DNA of 47,853 bases from Octopus sinensis. Lineage: Eukaryota. The notes under the pieces are model-generated. The model saw only the letters and a program-made list of their open reading frames with translations, did not search any database and had not been told where the DNA came from. Positions 24,437 to 36,330 of the stretch are shown piece by piece. Every line of letters starts with the position of its first letter. Positions within the stretch are counted from its first letter, which is position 1. The translations under genes were made by a program, and so were the position numbers. The DNA is taken from assembly GCF_006345805.1 (NCBI RefSeq), contig NW_021834568.1, forward strand, positions 1 through 47,853, in the 5' to 3' direction.

Positions 24437-25625
24437 TATCTTCGGAGAGATAAGTATAACAATTTAAGAAATAATAATGTAATCTATATGATTATTGATA
24501 AATATGGATTTCTAATTTTTTTTATTTGTTAATGATAATTTAGATATGTAAATTTATTTAATTATTCTTATTTTATAATTATTATATGTGAATTTAAATC
24601 GTAAAATATTAGTTTGGTTACTTTATGTATTAGATTGTAAAATTTTTTAGTATAGGTTAAGTTTTTTATATTCAGTACTATTGAATTTAATAATAATAAT
24701 AATAAGTACTTTTTTCACAAGTAATTTTATAAATGATAAGTAATACGTTTTTAGTTTTGAAATTTTTTATTTTTTATTTCATAAATATTTTCAGAATGGT
24801 AAATATAATATTTATTTAAGAAATAATGGAGTAATTTATTTATTAATTTATATGTTTATTGATTAAAAAAATATGGATTTCTAATAGCTATATTTGTTAA
24901 TTATAATTTAGATACATACTTTTATTTTATTTTATTATTTTATAATTATCATATGTGAACTAAATCTAAAAGTATTAAGTATGATTGTATAATAGTTTGT
25001 AACGTAAAATATTAGAGTATAGCTAGTGAAAAGATATTCTATAGTTTGTTAATGTTACTCTCAAAGCTAAATTATATCTTCACAGATAGATACATTTTTC
25101 TATCTATTTACTTTATTTTTTTACCTTAGGTTTTTAACATGATAAATGCATGATAGGCACCTGGTCCTACTTTTTAAGTTTCAAATTTAGTTAATGTAGT
25201 TTCTTCTGTAAGAACAATCATGATTTTATTTCTTTAAGAAATATTGTTTAATTTTATTTGATTATTTATTTAACTATTATTATTATTATTGTTGACCTGA
25301 GGAGTGACTATAACTTTTAAATTGAATTGTTTTTTGATTAAATTTAAATTTTATTCTAATTTGATTTGAAATTATAGCCATGAAACATACGTAGTCTTTT
25401 TACTTATTATATATTGTTTATTCATTTTTTTTGTACTTTTTGTGATCTAGTTATATATTTTATAATATATTTTATTTTTTCTTTATGATTTGGTTTAGGT
25501 CTATTATTGTTTGGATTACATAATAGTGGTTTTTCTCTAATTTATATATATATATTGTGAAATTTGATTTAATACTAAATTGAATTTTTCTCTGTACGTT
25601 TGGAGTTATACTCCCTAATATTATT
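24437..25625 (+). mobile_element. AT-rich non-autonomous Penelope-like / retrozyme-like element with hammerhead ribozyme
   Basis: Direct repeat of ~140-150 bp (24462-24600 vs 24814-24966), HHR at 25294-25396, motif 25522-25541 shared with 1061-1080, and a decayed minus-strand peptide ...YRLHYYFLNC. Confidence 0.55.
25294..25396 (+). ncRNA. Type I hammerhead ribozyme with a 58-nt loop II
   Basis: GAC-CTGAGGA-GTGACTATAA(58 nt)TTATAGCCAT-GAAA-C(atac)G-TA-GTC. The core is intact, the triplet is GUA, and stem II has 9 of 10 pairs. Confidence 0.72.
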
Positions 25626-25686
25626 ATAATATATATATATATATATATTATATATATACACACATATGTATGTACTTATATACGTA

Positions 25687-25735
<49 letters not shown>

Positions 25736-26223
25736 CCACACGTATGTATATACTTGTGTTGTTGTGTTTACATCTGCTACTTGCTAATTTGAAAGTTACA
25801 ATGCTCATGTGGTGTTGTTGGCATTTTCTCTAGTCAATAAATGACTTACTCATGCATACTTTCAAAGTTGTGCGGAATATGTAACCTTTCAATTGAAAAA
25901 CAGGTAAAGGTTAGCATCAAAAATGGTATCCAGCTGTAAAACAATGCCTCAATGGCAAGTTTGTCAAACAATGGTAGCCTGGGAAAATGAATGTAAAATA
26001 AACAACCTGAATCAGACACACATACATTGTGTGTCTGGTTTAGTTTGCACATTCGCATTTAGACATCTTATGTGTGACATTCACACACACACACACACAC
26101 ACACACAAAAAAATATAAATAATCAAGCAAAGATTAAATAACCAACTTTATGCATAAAACCTTTTTGTAAAGTAATTTACAAAGTTATCTTTTGCTGGAA
26201 AAAGATAGTCACAATGTTTTATG

Positions 26224-26991
26224 TTATTGATCAGCAGATTTCTCTGCAGTAGTAACTTGTATGCTGGGTGAAATAATTTTACTGCTTTGTTTATATATGT
26301 TAAGTGAAAGATGAGGAAGTGAAGAGTCATTAGCATACATGCAAATTCTTCGTCTATCAGAAAATGGAAAAGAAGAAGTGATTTTACTGGTTACATCAGC
26401 AAGTGAAGAGGCAAAAACAAGGTTACTATCAGGAAAAGATTTCTTACTAGCCTCTCCTTTTGATAAACTGCTGATCTGGTTTTGCAGTGTAAAAATTTCT
26501 TCCACCAATAAGCATTGTTGCAAATATACTGATATTTTCCCACCTGCATTTATTTGTCCAGGAAAAAGCCAGCGAATATAACACTGAGCCCAAAGTTTAG
26601 TTAAGGATATTTGTGGATAGAGAATCTGGTCCTTCATTGATACATATGTTTCTTTAATTGAGTTTGCAAGATCACAACAAATCTGGCTATTATATATAAC
26701 ATATAATGGATTATAAAATAATGTTTTATGGTTTGCATTTGCTAACATTCTCCAAATAGAGGGCAAGCAAGATTCTGATATGTTCGTAGCAGAATTACCA
26801 CATCGTTGATTCATAGATTTACAATTCTCAGGTACATGCTGATGCTGGCAACTGAATAAGAATGTTCCAAAGAGTCCAGTATGGAGACTATCCCAAAGGA
26901 CAGTCAAGTAAGTCTCGGTAAATTCAAATTGTACAGGAAATTGGATAGTCAACTGCCAAACACAATCCAAAAATAAAAGGAAGACTGGACT
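26224..26991 (-). CDS. MTMR10: Myotubularin-related protein (MTMR10/11/12 subfamily), terminal coding exon
   Basis: Acceptor ttattcacag|AGT, phase 0. Encodes SPVFLLFLDCVWQLTIQFPVQFEFTETYL..LWDS...FGTFLF...NPLY...LWAQCYIRW; TAA stop at 26226-26224. Confidence 0.92.
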   Translation of the reverse strand, partial: SPVFLLFLDCVWQLTIQFPVQFEFTETYLTVLWDSLHTGLFGTFLFSCQHQHVPENCKSMNQRCGNSATNISESCLPSIWRMLANANHKTLFYNPLYVIYNSQICCDLANSIKETYVSMKDQILYPQISLTKLWAQCYIRWLFPGQINAGGKISVYLQQCLLVEEIFTLQNQISSLSKGEASKKSFPDSNLVFASSLADVTSKITSSFPFSDRRRICMYANDSSLPHLSLNIYKQSSKIISPSIQVTTAEKSADQ

Positions 26992-28769
26992 CTGTGAATA
27001 AAATAAAATTAACTTATAATAATTACAAAAAAGATGAGTTTTAATACTGTTTCATTGTTCCATTAAGTAAAAAAAAAAAATCATCTTAAATACAAAAATA
27101 TTTCAAAAAGTTCTAGGTTGTCTTTTCAGTACCATAGAAATAATTTATTTTGTGTCAAATAAATCAAATTTTGCAGCAAACAATTTCCTACTAAGAATAA
27201 AATGAGTTCAGTTTCAATAAACCAGACAGATAAGGTGATGACAACAACAACAATAATGTAATAACAATTCTACCTAGACTAAATATCATGAAAGTGTAAA
27301 TATAGTTTTCTATAAAATCTGAAATAAATCCAATATCACCAAAACCAAATTAAACAAGAATAGAAATGTTATAAGGCTCCAGTAAATACAAATGACTTTA
27401 ATCCAATGTCTGGTGTGTGATTATTACAAAATACATTGTTGAAAAAACATACATCTTCATAAATGAGGTCAACATGCACAACAAACAAAACAGAGTAAAA
27501 TGAACATTTGAAAGGAAACATCATATTGTATTAAAACAAGACAACACAAATAACAATAAAATAACACACTTTCAAAGGAAACTTAAACTTACATGAGCAA
27601 AAGTAGGTACAATAAAATGGTATGCCAGTATGGAAAACGGACGTATGATGATGATGATTATAGTATTTTATTGTAATTTTATTATTGTTTACCATGTTCA
27701 ACTTATTGCATACAGTATCTGTACCTACCATTGGTTAATTCAAGTAATTGGCTAAAATGGACACCATTCTCCCCTATTTAATGGAAAACAACAATGTCTA
27801 CAAGGCAAGGAGAAGATAGGCAAAAATCAATCCTATAATAATAAAAAGAATTTTCTATAAAGACTCGCTTTTCTTTCAACTTCAGTTTCTGTCTTTATTA
27901 ATAAAACTAGTGAATGAAGCCTGAGCACAATTATAAACTTATCTTCTTTATGTAGATGACTTACAAAGGACAATCCCAAATTGAAAAATTTAGTTGAAGT
28001 ATAAAAGTGAAAATATGATTAGACAAATTATCTAAGTTACAAGAAGAAGCAAATTAAATAAAACTGAGAAATTTAAATTAGGTACAACCAATACAAATAC
28101 TTAGAAATAGATGAAACTGATAAGATACAACACAGAAATGAAGGATAAAATTAGTGTACTGCAGAAGTGTATTACAGAAGAGTTGAAATGATATTAAAAC
28201 TGAACTCAACAAACAAGATAGACATAAGATACACACGACAGTTATAAACTACAGCTTTAACATAATAAATTGGATAATTATGAGAATTTATGCATAAAAA
28301 TTACAAACAACATTTCAAAGCAACCACCCCTAAGATCGAATATTTATATCCACAAAATTCTTTAATGAACATTTTTCTATACTAGCATATCTTGAAACAT
28401 TTTCAGTATACCATCTGCTCATCAACTGCTATTGTGTATTATTTTCTTCAAAATCTAACAATTCAAGTCTTTAATAGTGATTCCTTGATTTTAATTTTTA
28501 TTATTTTATATTGCAATTAGTGACCAATAACATACATAATACTAACAGATAAATCACTAATGTATAGTATTTCTGATGGTGAGTGTGACAAGGGAATGAC
28601 AGTAACTCAATGCAAAATAATTCTTGCAGAGAACTTTATTCAAAAAGTACTGTTTACAATTTTATTGATATATATCAGCAAAAGAAACTTGCACACATGC
28701 ACAAACACACACATAATAGGTTTCCATAGTTTCCATCTACAAAATTACACTTAAACAATATTGGTTAAG

Positions 28770-28855
28770 CAGAAGCTATAGTAGAAGATGCTTCAGAGAG
28801 GAATTGAAACCAGAATCACATGGTTATGAAACGAACTTCTTAACCACACAATCTT
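28770..28855 (-). mobile_element. tRNA-derived SINE fragment
   Basis: Reverse complement reads gtgtggttaagaagttcg...tgattctggtttcaattcc...tcttctactatagc, matching the copies at 16262 and 31335. Confidence 0.65.
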
Positions 28856-29751
28856 AGTTTTATTACTTAGTAAACACATTTTCATTTTCTCAAAATCAAC
28901 ACTTCTCTCTCACAAACAGTAACAAAAGTCACCAAACTCAGTTTAATGGGAATAGGTTTTTAGATTCATATTAATAAGCTAAAGAATCAGAATGTTCCTA
29001 TTCTCCAATAAGTGCAGTTCTTGTGTTTTCACTGCTATTATTTCAGTTTGATCAAAATGGATTTGTCTATCAAAGTACATACATTTTCATCTTAGTCCTT
29101 GGTCTCCTTGCTATCTGGATAGGTATATCCCAGTTGACTGTGGCCAGTTTACCAAGCTCTTGACACAGGCATCAAACAATCTAACTTTTACCTTAAATTA
29201 CATTTAAGAGCTTTAATGATTTTTTGAGTGAATCAACCAGAGTATTTGGACAATTATCTGGATTTTGTTAGGCATTATCATACTGAAGTTACTTGTGCTC
29301 TCATTTTAAAATTGTTTTGAATCAGTTTTGTTGGTAGCCTTAGTCATAATTCCAGAAACATATTCTATAAGTCTTAAATGTAATGGATTTCAGTATATAT
29401 TATAAATTATAGGAAATATTAGATAAGCTGACTAAATACATGAAAAATGGTGATTGACTACAAGAGTGATTGTGTATAGTACAGAGAAAAAAAGAAAGAA
29501 ATGTAATGGTTGGTAACTGAATACAATTTAACCTATGTTACAGACAAATGAACTACTGAAGAATGAAGTCAAAAGTATTATATCTGAATAATAACACAAC
29601 TGACATGTGCATTATAAGAATAAATAAAAATTACCAACAAATGCTTGATGCATAAAAGATAAACTTACCTACATGTTAGATATGTAATATCAACAGGATC
29701 TTAACATAAAATATTTTTAAATGAGTAATCAGAAAGGGAAAAAAATATTAC

Positions 29752-29921
29752 CTCAGAACCAGGAACATTAACAAAGCCACAACGTTCTTGAAAAGGATGT
29801 CCCATGGAAACCCACTCACGTTGAATAAGGGATTGAAATCCTAAAATGGTTCGATAATGACGATCAAATAAAAGCTGCACCAAGCATGACAGTAAACAGC
29901 TTATATCACGACTTTTAGGTT
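29752..29921 (-). CDS. MTMR10: MTMR10/11/12-like internal exon
   Basis: ttcttatccag|AA CCT...GAG|gtaata. Encodes [43 protein letters not shown]; phases match both neighbouring exons. Confidence 0.92.
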
Positions 29922-30059
29922 CTGGATAAGAAACAAAAGATTATTACTGATTTAATAATAGTAAACAATAATACAACAACTAAAAATTCTTTGATGCTTA
30001 AGTCATGATGATTATGGCTATAGTCGTTAGCTCCAGTTCATATCTAAGCATTGGGTTCA

Positions 30060-30300
30060 TCCAGTCTCCTCAGTTGATGATTGTGCTAAATGTGACTTTG
30101 GAGTCCAAGTTGGTGGTGAAAGAGTCGTGGGCAGAATTCACACAGGATGGTTGGTGTGAGTTGAGGATGTTGAAGACACTCCTTTCTTCTCCTGCATTTT
30201 ACCTCCTCATTCTGTTGTCCGTTCTGCTCAAAGGAGCTGGTTCCATTGCAGATAGCAGTTCTCCAGGCTGTCCTATCCATGGCAATCTGTTCCCATGAAG
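30060..30300 (-). mobile_element. RTE (BovB-like) 3' fragment with C-terminal zinc-finger remnant
   Basis: DRTAWRTAI...CEFCPRLFHHQLGLQSH. Confidence 0.7.
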
Positions 30301-30721
30301 ATAACTATTATCATCATAACTTAAACAGTTTTGTCCCCTTACAAACATGTTTGATACGGAAAAAATATACTGTGCTGAGGAAAATAAAATGAGCCAATGG
30401 CATAAAACTAGAAAAATCAAATAAAGGGTGATATATGGAATTATCTGAATCTAGTTGGAATGAACACCAAATAGTACATGCTTATTGTCTGTTCTATGGT
30501 AATTTACACATTTTACATTATATTCTTCACATTCTATCAAAAATAATTACAAATTATTTGAAATTCTTAATATGAGAAAGAAAAATTCTAGCAGTAATTG
30601 TTAGCAGCTCTCGAAGGAAAAAGAAAATGATAAAAAATTAAGAATAAATTTTGCAAAATTTAATACAGCATGTAATGAAAAACAGTTGTTATTTATTCTC
30701 TAAGCTTATAGAGCATAAATA

Positions 30722-31195
30722 ACTTCTTCTTCTTCTTCTTCTTACAGTATTCACCTGGGTTGGGTTGAGCTGGCTTCATTCATCCTCAATGCTGCATCTC
30801 TCACAAACGCCGACCAGGCCTGGCGATTTGAGGCTAACGACCGCGTGATCCCCAACCACTCCTTATTCCAGGGGCGAATGCCGTAGATATGGGGGCCTAG
30901 GTTGGGTTCCAGATCAGACTTGACTGTCATCAGCCAGGTTTTTCGTTGTCCACCACATCGCTTTCGCCAACCCTGAAGGGGAGCAGGGGCAATTACTTTG
31001 TAGATGAATTCTCCTGGTTGACGACGGAGGGCATGACCCAGCCAACGCAGACGTCTCATTAGGATGACTTGTCGGAGGGAGGTGATTCTGCAACTGGTGT
31101 CGCACCGAATTGTTGGAGACAAAGTGATGCCATCGAACACTTTTAATGAGAGAATTGTAGCATTTTTGATAGAATTTAAACATTTGACTTCCAAC
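30722..31195 (-). mobile_element. RTE-clade LINE 3' fragment with (GAA)n tail
   Basis: RRLRWLGHALR...GGQRKTW...NRQAWSAFV; the tail appears as (ttc)n at 30723-30743. Confidence 0.85.
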
Positions 31196-31334
31196 TAAAT
31201 TCAAATAATTTTTTTTCTTTTGTTCATTTTTTAAATGAAATTAATAAGTACAAACTTATAATAAAAATATAGATAATGCATTCTTAACCAGAGTAAAAGA
31301 ACATAGCTAAATATTTAACTTCATTATGCCAGAT

Positions 31335-31575
31335 GTATGGTAAGAAGTTGCCTTCCAAACCACATGATTCTGGGTTCAGTTCCTCTGTGTAGCACCTTAT
31401 GTCAGTGTCTTCTACTATAGCCTTGGGCCAACCAAAGCCTTGTGAGTGGATTGGGTAGACACAAAGGACACTAGCTTAAAAAAAAATATATTGAGGTTGA
31501 TTCGTTTGACTAAAATTCTTCAAGGTACTCCAGCATGACAACAGTCTAGTGACTAAAACAAGTAAAGGATAAAGA
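31335..31575 (+). mobile_element. tRNA-derived SINE body plus a SINE tail resembling the CR1 LINE 3' end
   Basis: The body matches 16262-16385. The tail ggtactccagcatgacaacagtctagtgactaaaac resembles the LINE ends at 4205-4252 and 40370-40416. Confidence 0.7.
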
Positions 31576-31629
31576 TAAAAGAATAACCATAAATAATACA
31601 GAATGATAAAATAAACCCAACAAGAGAGT

Positions 31630-31883
31630 ATATTGTTCTATATTTAAGAGTTGAGGAATTATGTAAATTATTTACATTTGACGGATATTTGCCTTTATCT
31701 TGTTTGTTGTTAACATGTTTCAGCTGATATACCCTCCAGCCTTCATCAGGTGTCTTGAGGAAATTTCGAACTTGGGTTCTCATTCCTAAGGTATTTTTCG
31801 ATGTTGTTGTTATTCAGGTCACTGCCTGGAATCAAACTCGGAATCTTGGGGTTAGTAGTCCACGCTCTTAACCACTATGCCAT
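31630..31883 (-). mobile_element. tRNA-headed SINE containing a hammerhead-like motif
   Basis: A box TGGCATAGTGG and B box GTTTGATTCC in 31883-31819, followed by GACAC-CTGATGA-A-GGCTG(10 nt)CAGCT-GAAAC at 31754-31717. Confidence 0.75.
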
Positions 31884-31999
31884 ATTGTAAAATCAAATGT
31901 CTGGTAGATCTTGATAAATAATTTGTTAAAATATACCAGTAACTAATTAGTCACTAATAATTTACACATACCATATATACTCCTGATTAAACTACTTAC

Positions 32000-32149
32000 C
32001 TTTGAGAATTACCGATGTTTTCTCACAGGTCATCATTTTTACAATTCGTACAGCTTGTTTGAGGCATCTCTGCACATAGCTGAGCCATTTAGTTTCTTCA
32101 AGATAAGATAACCAACACATGTCTTTATTCCAAAAATCTTTAGAGCAAT
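32000..32149 (-). CDS. MTMR10: MTMR10/11/12-like internal exon
   Basis: taattctag|AT TGC...AAA G|gtaagt, 150 bp, phase 1/1. Encodes CSKDFWNKDMCWLSYLEETKWLSYVQRCLKQAVRIVKMMTCEKTSVILK. Confidence 0.92.
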
Positions 32150-34049
32150 CTAGAATTAAAGAAAATAATGAAAGCATTTTTATTATTTAACTGGAGAAGG
32201 AAGGACAGTAACCACAACTTTTGTACACCTTCCCAAACAAGAAAGTCTACAAAATGATATATGCAGTTGATTTTTGATTTAAGTAACTATAGGTCAATGC
32301 TTATAGGAGAAAATGTAGGCAGGAAGGAAATATAAAGTGTTTTAACATAGAGGGGAATGATTAGTATACAGTTTAGTGCACAGTTTATAGGTAATACAAA
32401 AAAACGGATACGTCACGTACAGAATTTCTTAAACTGGAAAAGGGAACCAAAGAAAAGGTCCAATAGCAGAAGTTCAAGAGACAGGAAAAGAGAAGAAATA
32501 GTATGTAGGACATTGTTTGTAATACACTGGGGAATGAATTTTTGTGAATTTTAATGCAATGTAGGTCATTTGCACTATTTATTTTGCCCATGAATATAGT
32601 TTTACTGTAGAGTTGGTATGTTTTGTACAGCTAAATCATCATGGTCATTGCTAATTCTGGCCACAATATGATAAAAAAGTGCAAAGTGAAAAAAGAGGGT
32701 GGTATACTGATATGTTTTGTACAAGATTAACACACATTGACACTACTGTCAAACTGATGAGAGGTCATACGAAAGACAAATTCAAGGCTTCAAATGTCAA
32801 TTTTGATCCAGAATTTCAAGGTATGGACAAATTAATTGGTAAGTGAACATATTTCTATGAGAATCTACACTAAATTGAGTTACATAGAGCCTCTAGAGAC
32901 CAAAATTAGTATGTAATCATCATATTGATAATGTTGTTTACTCCCCATTACTTTGTACTGAGTGACGTATGAATTTTACCTTATGCATATTCCTGTACAA
33001 GTGAATTTCGTATTTCTTAGAGAAATACTGATCTATTTTTGTCAATAAAAATTTTATTGTGAAAAGAATATTATTTTGTAGGCTATTGAATTCCAATGTG
33101 ATGTTTTTTAATTTTTTTCCCTGATTCTGAATACAATCAGATAATTTGTTGTAATGTTAACATTTTCACAAGTGCTGATTTATATATTTTGATTTTATAT
33201 TTCACAATGATCATCTGACCTACCACCATCCAATTAAATCTAAAAAAATTCATCTATATACATGTATGATTATCAACAAAACTTGAGTTATAGTGTTCAA
33301 GCACAGTGAACTAGATTGAAGGTTACCATTCAGCAGTAAAAAAAAAAAACATACAGTATAAACTTTGTGAATGGATGAAAATACCAGGGTGCCTGAGGAA
33401 CCCTAACATCTCAGGTAAATGTCAGATTTTGATTAAAACTATATGAGAATAAAGTTTACATCCAGAAATTTCAAGTGAAATATAATTTTCCAAAGAAAAT
33501 AGGTATTTTGTCATGAAATGGACATACCAAAAAATGGGCTTTTGCATGATCAAACTGTATCACCCCTTCCTTAGAGCTCTCCAAGGATACTTATTAAATT
33601 TATTGTAAAGCTCCAAATTTAGAGAAGATTCAGCTTTATACCCTATACCAGTGTATCATTGCAGCCTTGGAAATGAAGAGGGGGAAGCTTTTTATAAAAC
33701 AAAATTTTTTTAAACTTATAATTTCAATACTTCATCACATGTCTTCCTGAGTTCCTTCTACTTTAAGTGACTGGCACATCTTTATGCAACTGTCCTCATT
33801 CATATGCATCACATAACTAAACCAACACAGTCTTCGCTCTTTCTCCATTTACACTTTGTTGTATATATGCACACTAATATTGTATACCCAGTGGAGATTA
33901 TGAGAGTTTCATTCTCTGTAGTCATCACATGTCATCTCTGTAGTCATCACATGCCATCTGAGAAAGAGACATTTAGTTGCTAACAGATATAAATTGCTCT
34001 CTGAACTTTCTCCATCTTACACCTTTTTTTTTATCCTAGCAAGTACACT

Positions 34050-36330
34050 TTTGGAACATCTTCCTCCACTACTATTTAGAATGTCTTGATAACAGAAGCT
34101 GTCTATTACCTCTGGGGCATTTGAAGAAATCAGTTTCTCATGTGAGCACAAACTTTATGGTATGCGTGCATCTTTCACAAACAAAACTACTTCCTTTGTT
34201 AACTGTTCTGTGAGTCAACTGAACTTCATGTGTTCATAGCTTGCATTGGGTACAACATATAGAATTACAGCTTACACCTTTCCTGCATATCGAGCAGGGC
34301 CATTTACCTGAGCAGATAGGGTCCTGGGTGTTTTCTGGACTTTGCTAAGTTAACTTCAAGACCCTTTGATTCTAAGTTTTGCATCCACACCTGCAATTTC
34401 TTTACTATTTCTCTTACAGAATTCGTTATAACAGCAAGATTATCAGTATATAGTAGTTCAAAGGGATAGTCAGTCTTAAATTCCTTTCTTATAGTCAGGA
34501 GGGGATTGAGAACAGTGCTGGTTAACTCTACTTATAGCTAACACTCACCTTACTGATAGCACCTCTGTACATGGCTTGTGCTGCTTTCACAAGCCATTCA
34601 TCAATCCCTAGCGTCTTCAGAGCCCATTGTATCATTGAGCAAGAGACTCTGTTGAAAGGTTTTTCAAAGTCAACAAATGCCAAGTATAATGGTTTATGCA
34701 TAACTAGATATTTCTCTCAAAGTTGTTTGAGTAGGAAGATAGCATTAGTAGTACTTCTACCTAGTACAAAACCAAACTGCAGCTCGTCTTGTTTAATTCT
34801 GTCACTAATTAATTGAGCAACAACTCTCCATGATGTGGTCTAGGGGTTTGACACCTCTTTTATTACTTCTATCTAAGGCATCTCCTTTACCCTTATAATA
34901 GCCGACTATAATACTGCTACATCAGTCATTGGGGATGAGACTTTCCTGAATAATCTGAATAACTATATGGGTGACTAAACTACATCTCGAATCTCTCTGA
35001 TACAGTCTAGCAATCTGGAACATCCCCTTCTTAGATATTGGCAAACCGTTTCTGTTTTACTTCTGCTCTTGCTAGATAAACCTATCACTTAGCTTCCTTT
35101 TTAGCTATCTGATATGGCACTTCTCTACTCTTTCCAAATCTGTTCCTTCTCTTTAAAGCCCTGTCAACTTCAGTTCCACCAGCATGACACCCTAGGTCTG
35201 GCAGAAGTTTTGCTCCAGTCACAGAGTTGGTCCATTGCTCTTAGTAGGTTATCTTGTAAGAACTTCCATTTGTCCTCTATGTTATACATCTCTATATCTT
35301 CCTCCTCCTAATCAAATACTTCAGTAAGATTTCTAAATCTCTGGCTGTTTGAAGGATCCTTGAGCATCTTCTCCATAACTACTAACCTACACTGAGTTGT
35401 ACATTATTCATCCAGGAAAGACTTTGCATCTTCAAGCATTTGCTTATTCCTGTTTTTAGTGAGGATGTAGACAATCTGGTTGATGCGCCTACCAGATTGA
35501 CAAGTGATCAGATGGCAGGCAGATTTCTTGAAGTTAGTATTGCAGACCAACAAATCATTTACATCACAAAACTCCAGTAGCCTTGTCCATTCCTCATTCC
35601 TAGAACCAAATCTGTAACATCCATACAGACCATGAAATCCACTGAAGTGCAGCCCAGCATGGCCATTGAAGTCATCAGCCACAATGGTAGTCTGCCAAAG
35701 GCACTCATAGAAGTGATCCTTCTGTTCATCTGCCAGTCTGGTGTGTGGAGTATATGTAGAGATAAATGTCACTGTTACATTACCTAAAGACTATTGTTAG
35801 CTTTATAATCCTATCACACACCCTGACAACCCCAATAACCTTACCCACCCATTTTTTTGCCAAATGTACACCTATACCACCTACTCCATCACTACTACCC
35901 ACCCAGAAGAATTGGTATCTGTTTCTTGCCCACAAGCAGTCTAGCAAAGACTCTCCTCCATTGTACCACTTGCACACACCTATATGTCTCCACTTAAACA
36001 TTTCAACAATCTCACCAGACCTATCTTTCATTGTGCTAACGCTGACTGTGGCAGCTCTAAGCTTGTGGACTTGGGAAGTATGAAAGAGAAGTTTATGGAG
36101 TGATTTCACAATCTGGGAAAAAGATTTTTGCTGGCACTGGCCTAGCAGCAGGTTCTTGTGCAAGTTAGCAAAAACAGATAGTGATTTTAGCATTGGGGTA
36201 CAATTTTCTTCAGTCCCACAAAGCCTTTGTGGGTAAACAACTGCTTGTAGAAGGGGTAAGTAGAAAGTATTGAGAAGGAGGCAGAATACTTTGTAGCCAA
36301 AAGTACACAACACGTTGGCAATATATATAA
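34050..36330 (-). mobile_element. RTE-clade LINE remnant (5' region, EN, RT pieces)
   Basis: LRAATVSVSTMKDRSGEIV...GVGGIG...WVGKV, DFNGH and CNTNFKK motifs, with many stops. Confidence 0.8.

Noticed and set aside
24420-25620. Possible mitochondrial insertion (extremely AT-rich)
   Set aside because: No recognisable mitochondrial gene, tRNA or rRNA; direct repeats and the HHR explain it better.
31819-31883. Possible tRNA gene
   Set aside because: No complete cloverleaf or acceptor stem; it continues into SINE body sequence.
32748-32806. CTGATGA...CGAAA hammerhead-like match and a 44-codon plus-strand frame ending at a GTAAGT site
   Set aside because: Stem II has only 1 bp and U16.1 is missing. 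The peptide is unrecognised and there are no partner exons.
36210-36310. Possible HDV-like ribozyme at the RTE 5' end
   Set aside because: Only simple hairpins are present (aaagtatt/aatacttt, cccacaaag/ctttgtggg); the nested double-pseudoknot order is not met.
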